A stretch of 63,295 nt of DNA, counting the filler, from Aduncisulcus paluster (Eukaryota), in NCBI GenBank assembly GCA_024181965.1. It is 7 parts of 7 records of this genome, joined end to end, with 100 filler letters (N's around TTAATTAATTAA, not from the genome) between each part and the next. Parts side by side here need not be neighbours in the genome. Positions count along the whole stretch, not along the records: positions 46,311 to 54,567 come from BQXS01000146.1; positions 54,668 to 56,179 come from BQXS01000149.1; positions 56,280 to 59,025 come from BQXS01000151.1; 4 more parts are not named here. One strand, given 5' to 3'. How positions within the stretch are numbered: the first letter of the stretch is position 1; each line of letters starts with the position of its first letter. The translations under genes were made by a program, and so were the position numbers. Under the pieces are notes generated by a model, which searched no databases, had not been told where the DNA came from, and saw only the letters and a list, made by a program, of their open reading frames with translations. This document shows positions 47,326 to 57,507 of the stretch, piece by piece.

Positions 47326-49921
47326 TCATTCATCCTCAGTCCTAAAACTTGTGGAACTCTGTTTGTGCATGGTCTTCTCAGCAACACTGAAATTTCTCAT
47401 TCTGACAAGTTTGTCCAGATCCATAAAAGCACTGCTTCCTCTTCCCTTTGTCATCCCTCTCACCTCATCGACAAAGGATTGCCTAAAGACAAGCTCATGA
47501 CGTTGGATGGGGACCTTGGCGAACAATTGGGCAATGATTCCAATGAAAACGACGGGAATGGCAGTGAGATAAGCGTAATAACCCTTAGAATCATCAGTTG
47601 GGAATGTTCTTGCAAAGGTGTATTTTGTAACGATGGGATCATATGTGATAGGATTGAAAGCAATAATGGGATCAATAACGGGGTAGTAAAGATCTTGGAA
47701 GGCCTCAAAAGTGTAACCAATCAGAAGGGTAGGAACGGCACGACCAATGGAATTACCGAGCTGGGAAATACCGGTCACAGAACCACGGTTATCAGGCAAT
47801 GAGAAGAGAGAGAGCATTCCAAGGTAAGCAGCCTGGGCACAGGCCTCAGAGAAAGAACCAACGGCACTATAAACAGCAGTCGGCCACACATTCTCAACAA
47901 GGGGCTTTGTGATACCTTGAAGGAGCAAAGCCAAGAGGTTGAAAACGTGAGAGAAGAAGGTCAAGTTCAATTCTCCAGCCCTCTTGGTCATCCAGGGACC
48001 GACAACAAAGGAGAAAACAGTCATGGAACCGTATACAACAAGGGCGTTGTAGAATTGGAAGTCTGACAACCACTTGGNNNNNNNNNNNNNNNNNNNNAAC
48101 AGCAGTCGGCCACACATTCTCAACAAGGGGCTTTGTGATACCTTGAAGGAGCAAAGCCAAGAGGTTGAAAACGTGAGAGAAGAAGGTCAAGTTCAATTCT
48201 CCAGCCCTCTTGGTCATCCAGGGACCGACAACAAAGGAGAAAACAGTCATGGAACCGTATACAACAAGGGCGTTGTAGAATTGGAAGTCTGACAACCACT
48301 TGGAGTAATCGGAACCAAAGGATTTGACATCCAGAACAGTAGGGGTACCATCACCTTGGTAACCAAAGTTTTCCCAGAGGTTAGAGAAAGGAATATCAGT
48401 CAACCAACTGAGGTTGAGGTCTCTAACAATACTGTAGGCACCAACACACATGGTGTAACCAATGAACAAGAGGACAAAGTTCTTGTTGGTGATAAGCATC
48501 TTGACAACTTGCCAGAATCCTCTATGCTTGAATTCCTTGTGTTCCTTAACAGTGGTTTCTTCTTCAGTCTTCTTGCTGGCTTGCATTTCGATGGCAGCAT
48601 CCTCAGCTTCAGGTTCCTTTTGTTTCTTCATACCAGCATGTTGAGCCTTGAGCTCTCTGTTAGCAAGAACAATAGGTGATGATTCTTTCATCCAAATCAA
48701 GGCAATGATCAAAGCAACGATACGGGAAGCCATGGAAATGAGAGCAGCGTATTTCAAAATGTTAATGTAGTCATCATCTTCAGCATCATCAGGTAAGAAG
48801 TTGTGAACAAGAGCACGGTTAACAATGTAGGAGAAAATCATTCCGATGTAGATAAATCCAGTATAAAGAATCATGGAGAGGGTACGAGCCTTGGGAGGAG
48901 CAAGATCGGCAATGCAGAGGTAACCAAGAGGAGCAATAACAGCAGCAAGTCCAGAAGCAGCACGAATACCGACTATGGCCCAATATCCTCCATCTCTTCC
49001 GTTTACCCAAACAAAGGATACATCAGTGATAGCATACCAAATCAAAATTATCACAAAAGTCCATTTACGGCCAATTCTTTCACTGATAGGACCCTGGAGG
49101 AGTACTGAAGCAAAGAATTGAACAATATTGAAGACAGATACATATAGTGTGTAGTCATTGTTTGAAATATCCCTTACATTTTCATCAGTCATCAAATTCA
49201 TGTGAACTTTAAGGTGAGTGGCAAGAGCAAGAGTGATAAGACCCAAACCAAAGGCGGCAAAAGATGCCACAATACAGTTTGCAAAAACACCAGAGTTGAA
49301 AATGGTAGGCTCGTTGAGAAGATCTTTTGACACATCACGAAGGGCAACAGTATCCTCACCATAAATCTCAGTGGCGAGAGATATTTCTTCAGGAGTAAAA
49401 TACGTAGAAACTTCTTCATCGGGAACAGGAGCAGACAAGGGAGAAGAATGAGGATACTCAAGAAGGATCCATCTGATAATATCAGCAAGTTGAATGACAA
49501 ATAAGGCATGTTGCTCAGAGGAAGAAGCGTCCAAGTCAGAAATTCTAAGAGAAGAAGCAAGAGGGTGATCAAACTTGAATCCTTCGTCAGCAGCCCATTT
49601 AAGGATGGCTTTGATGTTCTTGGTTCCAGCCTTGGTCAAAGAGGTAGGAGTTTCATCGGATGAAACAATGGCAACGCGGAATTTTTGGTCTGCAGCATTA
49701 ACAAACTTGGAAAAAAGTTCTCCATTATATAATCCGGGAAGGGGATCATAAATTTCAGAAGGTTCGGAGAAATAGGTCGTTAATTCTTGCTCTTTAGAAA
49801 ATTCACGGAAGGAAACAAACAAAAACCGACGGGCTTCAAGGTAACGGCGAGCATCATCGTGGAGCTCGAGAGAGGAGGCTTTCTTGAAAGAAAACTTCTT
49901 TTTCCAGTCAGAAAAACCCAT
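47326..49921 (-). CDS. Major facilitator superfamily transporter (MFS_1, TetA/DHA1-like) with ~210-aa soluble N-terminal extension
   Basis: Motif A LQGPISERIGRK, GIRAASGL, CIADL, WMKES, and 12 hydrophobic segments. Two ORFs join after collapsing 47872..48077 = 48098..48303. Ends with TGA. Confidence 0.9.
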
Positions 49922-50460
49922 TTGGATGAATACAAAAGGGGAATTGACAAAAAAGCAGAATCAGTCACGAATTTTCCATGAATTAATTCTCTTGAATCAA
50001 TCAACAATAACAAAATTCAAAGTCCAATCACAAATTATTTCAAAATATTCAAAATACAATTTGGATATTTTTAAATTTTCCAAGAAACCTATTTGCTCGT
50101 TGAGCCTGGGAGAAGATCCGGATTACTATGATTTCAAACTCTTCATGGATTTTCTTTCCGTTCTATGGACCAAAAATCGAATAAAACAATAAATATAGCA
50201 AATCTTGAATCATCAGCATCCAGATTTCTCAGAGAAGAGGAGATTTCAAAAAAAATTCTAATTCAATGTTTTTCGGAAGGGAAAGAAAAATGATGCTGTT
50301 AAATCTTCAAAAATGAAAGCATTTTACCAAGATGAACAAAGGGTTTGTCGTCTTGCATATTCTTGATTTGTTGAATCTTGATGATCTCTTTGAATATGCG
50401 TTTAATCTGGTTTTGCTTCCCAAGTCAAACAGAAATAATCCATTTCAATAATATTTCTTC

Positions 50461-52923
50461 ATGAAGATAGGAGCGATTCAAGATTTTGCGAATGTTACAA
50501 CTATCTCCACCCTTGAAGGATCCGAGTCCTTCATTGATGACGATGATATTATCCCTGAAAATCTCGATACTGATGGTATGGACGATAAAATCACACATCC
50601 TGGGCAATCAAAGATTGGTACTATCTTTAATATCATCAATTCCATTACCGGTGCAGGTATCCTTGCTCTTCCCTCTTCTATTGCCTCTGCTGGTATAGTT
50701 AATGGTGTGATTGGGCTTGTTTTAGGAATGGGATACTCTTTATTGTGCTATAACATGTTGAGTTTGGTTGCATCAAGAGCCAAAAAGTATACTTTCAAAG
50801 AATTAGCTGTTGAGGTTTTTGGACCTTCAATTGCTTGGATCCATGATATTTTGTTGTTTCTTTTCGTGTTTTCAATTCTTTGTGCATATGTTCTGTTTGT
50901 TGGAGACTTTTTAGGAACTCAATTCACGAATTTCATATCTGACGAGTNNNNNNNNNNNNNNNNNNNNTCTTCTATTGCCTCTGCTGGTATAGTTAATGGT
51001 GTGATTGGGCTTGTTTTAGGAATGGGATACTCTTTATTGTGCTATAACATGTTGAGTTTGGTTGCATCAAGAGCCAAAAAGTATACTTTCAAAGAATTAG
51101 CTGTTGAGGTTTTTGGACCTTCAATTGCTTGGATCCATGATATTTTGTTGTTTCTTTTCGTGTTTTCAATTCTTTGTGCATATGTTCTGTTTGTTGGAGA
51201 CTTTTTAGGAACTCAATTCACGAATTTCATATCTGACGAGTCAAGTTTATCTTTTCTTCATAACCCCATCATTGTGCGTACTGTTGTTCTTTTTTTGGTG
51301 ATGTTTCCTCTCTCTTGCCTAACCAATATTAATCTTCTCGCCTATCCCAGTGCTGGTGCTGTTTTTTGTGTTATAATCACGACATTTTATGTCCTGATCC
51401 GATGCATTCAGAAGATATCAAGTGAGGGAGTCGATTGGGATAAAGTTATCATCGGCAGTATGTCTGTTGAATCATTCAACGTATTTATTATAATATTTAT
51501 GGCTTTCGCTGCCCAATTTCAGATCCCCATTCTTTTATCGTCCATTAAAGGGACTGAGAAAGGCCGAATGAAGTCTATGAAGGAGGCCAACGGAATTGCC
51601 ATTGCATTTTGCGGAGCTGTCTACTCTCTTCTATCTTTCTCTTCCACATTGGCGTTTGGCACTGATATCAACGAAAATGTCCTTTTATCATTTCCCGCCA
51701 CTGATGTCGGAAATATTATTGCACAATTTGCAATGAGTTTTGTTGTTATTGCTTCTTATCCCCTCATTCTCTGGCCCTGTCGTTTGGCCATCTATACCGT
51801 CCTTGATGAGATTAAATACCGCTCAGAGGTGAGACGCATTAAACAGGAACTTTCGGAAACAGCCAAATCTTCCCTCCTCTCTTCTCATGGTATGAGTGGG
51901 AAGTCAACTCCCTCAACCAATCCGCACCCTGACGTTGAGGCTTCTGGTGCCCACATGCAGGAATCTCGTATCTCTCGGTTATCTTATGAGGTCTCTGATG
52001 CATCTGATCTGTTGATCCACCATGATATTGTTGACCAATCACATATTGCTAAGGATGATATTCAGAGAGAAGGGCCTGATCAATCAGTTCAGCCGCCTGC
52101 TCCACGCCGTCACCCTCAATTGGCACACTTTTCAACCGCCGCCGGGTTCATTCTCTCCCCAGCAAATATGCCCTCATCCCTCTCTCTCACATCCATCGCA
52201 GAGTTATCCGAGGAAGATGGTGCTCATCGAGGAACAATGATCCATGGTGACGGTGCGAGTATAGGCATATCTGATGCCGTTCCCACGGGTTCTCCATTGA
52301 AAACTGTGACTTCTCAAATGACAGCAACGAGTCAACGTGAGGCCAAATCAAACCATCCTGCCAAGAGGTCTCCCATGCATTTGGTGTCAAACAAACCCAT
52401 TCTCCAAGTTCCCAGTAGCACCGATATTTCCATGATAGCCAATCCGCCAGTACAATCTAATATTGAATATCCCTCTGGTGATCATCGTACCACTGGTGGA
52501 TTTGATGAAGGATTGATTGCTACCCTTGTGTTTAAGCCTGGGACAAAGATAGACTCGGAAGGAGCCTCACAAGAAGAGAAGAGATCATTTCTCGTTCACT
52601 GCACAGTTGCCCTCGGTATTTCGATTGTCGCCTGGTTAGTTGGAGTTGCTCTTCCCTCCGTCCTCGATATTTTCTCCCTATTTGGGTCAACTCTTGGATG
52701 CGCTGTGTACTTTATCCTGCCCGGAATATACTGGATTGTGATGAGTGACTATCGTGATGGAAAGCATCCAAAAGCAACCGCTGAACAATCGAGACCTGAT
52801 CTCAAAGTTAAGGAGGTTTTCCAAAAAAAGAATTCATTTGCCCTCGTTTTGATCATAGCAGGACCAATGATGTGTGCGGTTGTATTCGTGTCCACTCTTT
52901 CGAGCCTTATCAATGGCGAGTGA
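50461..52923 (+). CDS. Amino acid transporter, Aa_trans (SLC38/AVT) family, with large hydrophilic insertion
   Basis: IFNIINSITGAGILALP, LFLVMFPLSCL, MAFAAQFQIP, ASYPLILWPCR, IFSLFGSTLG..VYFILPG. 50674..50947 = 50968..51241 is a gap duplicate. Ends with TGA. Confidence 0.92.
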   Translation: MKIGAIQDFANVTTISTLEGSESFIDDDDIIPENLDTDGMDDKITHPGQSKIGTIFNIINSITGAGILALPSSIASAGIVNGVIGLVLGMGYSLLCYNMLSLVASRAKKYTFKELAVEVFGPSIAWIHDILLFLFVFSILCAYVLFVGDFLGTQFTNFISDEXXXXXXXSSIASAGIVNGVIGLVLGMGYSLLCYNMLSLVASRAKKYTFKELAVEVFGPSIAWIHDILLFLFVFSILCAYVLFVGDFLGTQFTNFISDESSLSFLHNPIIVRTVVLFLVMFPLSCLTNINLLAYPSAGAVFCVIITTFYVLIRCIQKISSEGVDWDKVIIGSMSVESFNVFIIIFMAFAAQFQIPILLSSIKGTEKGRMKSMKEANGIAIAFCGAVYSLLSFSSTLAFGTDINENVLLSFPATDVGNIIAQFAMSFVVIASYPLILWPCRLAIYTVLDEIKYRSEVRRIKQELSETAKSSLLSSHGMSGKSTPSTNPHPDVEASGAHMQESRISRLSYEVSDASDLLIHHDIVDQSHIAKDDIQREGPDQSVQPPAPRRHPQLAHFSTAAGFILSPANMPSSLSLTSIAELSEEDGAHRGTMIHGDGASIGISDAVPTGSPLKTVTSQMTATSQREAKSNHPAKRSPMHLVSNKPILQVPSSTDISMIANPPVQSNIEYPSGDHRTTGGFDEGLIATLVFKPGTKIDSEGASQEEKRSFLVHCTVALGISIVAWLVGVALPSVLDIFSLFGSTLGCAVYFILPGIYWIVMSDYRDGKHPKATAEQSRPDLKVKEVFQKKNSFALVLIIAGPMMCAVVFVSTLSSLINGE

Positions 52924-54032
52924 TTGTTCCATTTGTCTGGTTTTCCGATCTCTTTTCTCTTATTTTGTTGCATAATAATGTGTCCTATTTTTCATCTTTC
53001 ACATTCCTCTTCAATCCATCATGTTGTTTAAGAAGAATATATTTCATTCTTCTGATATAATATAGTATTTGCGAATTTAGTATTTTTTTCAATCAAATTT
53101 TTATCATTCCTTTTTTTTAAGAGAATTTATTAATACTTTTTAAAAGTTTTTATTCCTTTTTCTTGCTTTTGCACCGTGTCATTAATCATTTTTATTGATA
53201 ATATTTATTATCCACTGACTGGCAGGCCTGCCATCTAAGATGGAAATATTTTTTGAGTGTTTTCCGAGAAATCAAGATCTCAGCCAGTGGCACTGACCAA
53301 ATATTTGGCGAGGTCTCCTCAAAATGGCTTGTGTATACTGCGGAAATGTGGATGTTTCCCTGTATATGTGTCCTTCTCGAAGATTGTGAAGTCCTATTTT
53401 CGACTCGTAATTCAAATAGACTATATATAGCTATAATAATAAAGATTATGAGCCTGGTTATCAGCTTGTTGTCTTTCTGACCGCATTGTCAACATCAGTG
53501 AATTTCCAAAATACTCCCTTGGAGGAGGCTCATTTCCGAATAAAATATATTTTCAGGGATAAAATAATCATTATTATTTATTTTACTCAATGAGGTTGAA
53601 AAGGTTGTCACTGACAATGGGTAGCTAGATTCCAGCGGCTAGAAATATGGGTTTTCTTGCCATTGTGTTAATATTTGATGGAAAAATTGCCAAAAAAGGA
53701 ATCTATACTTACCAAGGATCAGTAATTTTACCGGCTATTTTAATTAGGTACTCATACACATTGTAATCTGACTGTCCGAAATTTTTATTTTTATAATCTG
53801 TTTTAAAATTTACAAATGTATGTACAACATGAATGTCATGACATTGTTATTTGGTGATGTGATACTTTAAGCTTTTACGAGTTTTCTTATCATCCAATCT
53901 CAGAGGAAGAAAATCCTCTGAGAGGATTATTGTGTTTGTGCTTTTCTTCAAAACTTTTCTTTGAAATGGAGATCAGAACTGAGCTATTTTGACCCCATTT
54001 TTGTTCTCTTGTGTTATTTTCTCAAATAATAT

Positions 54033-54247
54033 TGTTAGCTGTTCTACAGAATTTATGCTTGGAGCAAATTTACTATTTTGAAATAAAATATAAATTCCCA
54101 GTTTTTGGATTTGAAACCAAACCGGAACCAAAAATAAAACATTCTTAATCCTTTAATATAATAAGATGATAACTTCAAAATAATAAATAATAATAATAGT
54201 TTCTGTCAATAATAAATAAACAACATTGTAATACCATCATACTAACA
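54033..54247 (-). repeat. Putative LTR (215 bp)
   Basis: 6-bp perfect terminal inverted repeat TGTTAG/CTAACA, abuts the PPT, and carries the shared 16-mer at 54060..54075. Confidence 0.78.
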
Positions 54248-54567
54248 CTACCTTCTTTCTTTTTATAATTCTCGTATTATGATGCTTGTTTTTTTTCCAT
54301 TAATCAGACTATCCTTTCCTTTTCCTACCAGGTTTTCTTTTAATTTTATATTTCGAACCTTGCTCAGCAATTCGATATATTAATTCCGGGTGCGAGATAA
54401 TAAATTTCTCTAACGGTAATGTTCCAATAACCTTTGGTAATGGTTCCCATTTGTCTGTACCATCTAAATATCTTGCCAAGAAAAACAAATTACTTCCTTC
54501 CATCTTATAATCTTCAATATCTTCAACCGGCCATTTAATCTCATCAAAAGAACGCATTCTTTTAAGT
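54033..54567 (-). mobile_element. 3' end of an LTR retrotransposon (Ty3/Gypsy chromovirus-like): chromodomain tail, PPT and 3' LTR
   Basis: Frame open from the contig edge: KWPVEDIEDYKMEGSNLFFLARYLDGTDKWEPLPKV...LEKFIISHPEL...KRKPGRKRKG*. PPT AAAAAGAAAGAAGGTAG 54264..54248. LTR with perfect TGTTAG...CTAACA termini. Confidence 0.8.
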
Positions 54568-54667
54568 NNNNNNNNNNNNNNNNNNNNNNNNNNNNNNNNN
54601 NNNNNNNNNNNTTAATTAATTAANNNNNNNNNNNNNNNNNNNNNNNNNNNNNNNNNNNNNNNNNNNN

Positions 54668-55233
54668 GGATTACGCCCACTTCATTGTTTTCTGATGGCA
54701 CTAAAGTTATTTCGATAAATCAATGGGATGGAAAAGCTGTCGATTATGACCTTGTATTGCTTGGTAATTTGATAGAAGATGTGGCCAAAGTTTCTCAAGA
54801 TGTCCAAAATAAGCGTCAAAAAATATTATCTTCCTCTTCTTCTTCTTCTTCTTCTTCACAAACACCCTTGAAGTTAGGTCAAGTTCAATTGCTCACAAAA
54901 TCCAATCAATCTCGTAATTCTCAACAAACTATATCTTCATTGTCAAAATCTTCCAGTTCTTCTCCTGCTTCTCTTGTAAAATCAGATCTTACGTTTTACG
55001 ATGACTTTTATAGACCCGATTTACATTTGGCTTGCCAAGTTGCTCCTTGTAAGATTGTCAAGACAGTCTCACACATTGACGCATATGATGTGAGAAGAAG
55101 TGTTAAAAGATTTTCTAATATCGGACATTTTATTGCTCCATCTGCACCCCATGTTGTTGGAGCTACCAGAAGTCTTTTCTTTCCTGCAACACCTCTTATA
55201 GATGAGCTGTTATGGTTACATAATGATTTTTAA
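54668..55233 (+). CDS. 3' end of a hypothetical protein (5'-truncated)
   Basis: Open frame from the contig start to TAA 55233, with Ser runs typical of other genes here; AT-rich 3' flank. Confidence 0.7.
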
Positions 55234-55550
55234 TATTCAATAAAAGTAAAAAAAAATTAATTTAATTTTTATTTTGTATATATTTGTTATTTGTTTGTTT
55301 TTCAGTTCGATCTCGCAGGAAAAAATAAGAATTCATTGGAATTAGATCATTATAGAAGATTTTTGAAGAGAAAATAATTGTATTTCCGATTTGATTGTGT
55401 TATTTTGTATTTTTATTTCTCCGATTGTGTATGATTTCCTCTTGTCAAATTATGCTCTACGATATAGAGGTTTTTGTTACATTCTTTGGTTATCTTTTTG
55501 TAGATTTGTATTGCCTTTTGGAAGAAAATATCAAAAAAAAAAAAAAAAAA

Positions 55551-56087
55551 AAGAGAATAATTGGTAAAATAGCTGCTGATGACGGGTATGACTATTCTAA
55601 TATTTATAAAGGGCCCTATCCTGTTGGACACTGCGATCTTTCTGAAATTGATGTGTCTGAAACCGCTCTTAAGGATTGTCTTAGTGATTGCAACCGAGAT
55701 GAATTCGCTGAATTCCTTCAAGGAAAGAGTTCTATCTGTTTCTGTCCTAATCTATTCCTTCCTTTTGCAAAGCCAAGTATTTTGCGTAAATTTTATGTTA
55801 GTCACCACAGTTGTCCCGGTGGAATCACCGATTTTAGTGCTACATTCACGACTTCTGATGGCAAGAAGATAACCAAAGAATACCGCATGGGAGAGGTTCC
55901 TCCGTACCACCACTTTTGGCAAGTGTTTCCTATTGATGTTGACAACGTTATTTCGTGCAATATTGATGTATCTCCATCGCATCTTCCGCAAGAAACTGGG
56001 ATATTCGGCATTCGATTTGTTGTCGATAAAGAGAAAGAGGCTGAGCACTTGACAATCGAACATCTTCTCACCGAACCCTGGAAATAG
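55551..56087 (+). CDS. Single-domain divergent member of the ~170-aa repeat family; start codon uncertain
   Basis: GPYPV...LFLPF...FSATFTTSDGKKITKEY...FWQVFPIDVDNVISCNI...GIRFV...EPWK*. Homology to 61278 (MVKITGK) begins at AAG-AGA-ATA-ATT-GGT-AAA after an A20 run. Confidence 0.75.
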   Translation, partial: KRIIGKIAADDGYDYSNIYKGPYPVGHCDLSEIDVSETALKDCLSDCNRDEFAEFLQGKSSICFCPNLFLPFAKPSILRKFYVSHHSCPGGITDFSATFTTSDGKKITKEYRMGEVPPYHHFWQVFPIDVDNVISCNIDVSPSHLPQETGIFGIRFVVDKEKEAEHLTIEHLLTEPWK

Positions 56088-56279
56088 TCCACTTTTATTG
56101 TTTTTTTAGCTTTTTTATTTCATTTTTTATTTATTTTATTATTATTAGTATCCCAATATCCTGATTATTTTTGTTAGTTNNNNNNNNNNNNNNNNNNNNN
56201 NNNNNNNNNNNNNNNNNNNNNNNTTAATTAATTAANNNNNNNNNNNNNNNNNNNNNNNNNNNNNNNNNNNNNNNNNNNN

Positions 56280-57065
56280 GAGGAAGCTTCGTTGATTGCA
56301 AGCAAGAAGAAGAGACGGAGAGATTCTGATAATGTTGATGAATCTATTCAGAAGGAAAGAATGTGTGCCTCCCGTATTGATTCATTGACAGGAAAACCTA
56401 TTTTGGGAAAGAGTTCTCTCCAGAATGAGAAAGTTGCTGGTGTATGGGGCGAGAACAGTGATGAAAGAAAGACTATGAGGGAGCATGGAATACTGTCTCC
56501 TGCTGAACTAGCACTTTCTTCTGATAGCTCTCAAGCTGGAGAGGAACAAGAAGAGAAGAAGACAAAGAGACTCGAAGAGTACCCCACGGTCTGTCCCATC
56601 TGCGGTGGTTATCTATATGTCCAAATACGCTTCAGAGGTCAAGCATTCCTACTGCACCAGATTAGAAAGATGGTTGGAACTGCCTTGACAATCATGAGAG
56701 GTCAGGCACCTGCTTGTTTCATTCCGGTGGCTTTCAAACAACATCTAATGCCCACACCAGTCGCACCTGGAAATGGATTGTTACTCGTTAGAGGGGAATA
56801 TGTGAGATATAGAAAAGATTTCCCGCATCATCTTGATCCGGAATTTAATGATTTGGCTTGGCAAACTACTAAATTTAGAAAAGAAATGATATGGAAAAAT
56901 ATTGTGACCCAAGAAAATGTAGTGGGACATATGGGGAATTTTTTGTCCACCCTTGATAGCGAAAAGGTTGCTGACATGTGGGAAATGTGTTCTGATGTCC
57001 TGAAAACTGAATCTAAACGGGAAGTCACACTCCGCAAACGTTTGGTCGTGATCGATGAGAAATAA
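56280..57065 (+). CDS. PUS1: tRNA pseudouridine synthase, TruA/Pus1 family, C-terminal part (5'-truncated)
   Basis: YVQIRFRGQAFLLHQIRKMVG and PVAPGNGLLL are the conserved TruA/Pus1 C-terminal motifs; LHQIRKMVG is Pus1-type. Confidence 0.85.
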   Translation, partial: EEASLIASKKKRRRDSDNVDESIQKERMCASRIDSLTGKPILGKSSLQNEKVAGVWGENSDERKTMREHGILSPAELALSSDSSQAGEEQEEKKTKRLEEYPTVCPICGGYLYVQIRFRGQAFLLHQIRKMVGTALTIMRGQAPACFIPVAFKQHLMPTPVAPGNGLLLVRGEYVRYRKDFPHHLDPEFNDLAWQTTKFRKEMIWKNIVTQENVVGHMGNFLSTLDSEKVADMWEMCSDVLKTESKREVTLRKRLVVIDEK

Positions 57066-57507
57066 GAATAATTAGGAGAAATTAACATTGTTTTCAATTT
57101 ATATATTTTACTAAAATTAATAATACGGTGAGAAACTAATCAGTGGATTTTCATTAATCTCGCCAGCGCTAGGAATGTTTATAACTGATTGTTTGAGAGG
57201 TTTATTAATGGATAGAAATTTGAAATAAAATAAAATGTGTATTTTTTGCCGTTTTCATAATTCAATGGTCATGTATTATTGGTAGATTTTCCAAGCCAAC
57301 CAATCAAATCCATGTGGAGAGAAGATAATACATCTTGCATTATTTTAAGTCGAAAAATACCCCAAACCTAATTTTTAAGTCCAAAACTTACAGGATTTCA
57401 ATGAATAAAATCACAGAATACAGCAGAACGGAGTAAGGCCCAAACCATTTGGATTCTTTGATTCGAACAGATAAGCACCGACATATTTTAACTTTAAAAA
57501 ATAAGTT

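Noticed and set aside
50674-51241. Internal domain duplications or split genes (also at 1634, 26790, 32472, 34289, 43554, 47872, 60528)
   Set aside because: All are gap-flank duplications; collapsing them restores single continuous ORFs.
53705-53790. ATACTTACC resembling the U1 snRNA 5' end, or a GTAAGTAT donor on the minus strand
   Set aside because: I could not build the U1 stem-loops or the U1-70K loop, and splicing to the nearby TTTCTAG gives no sustained ORF.
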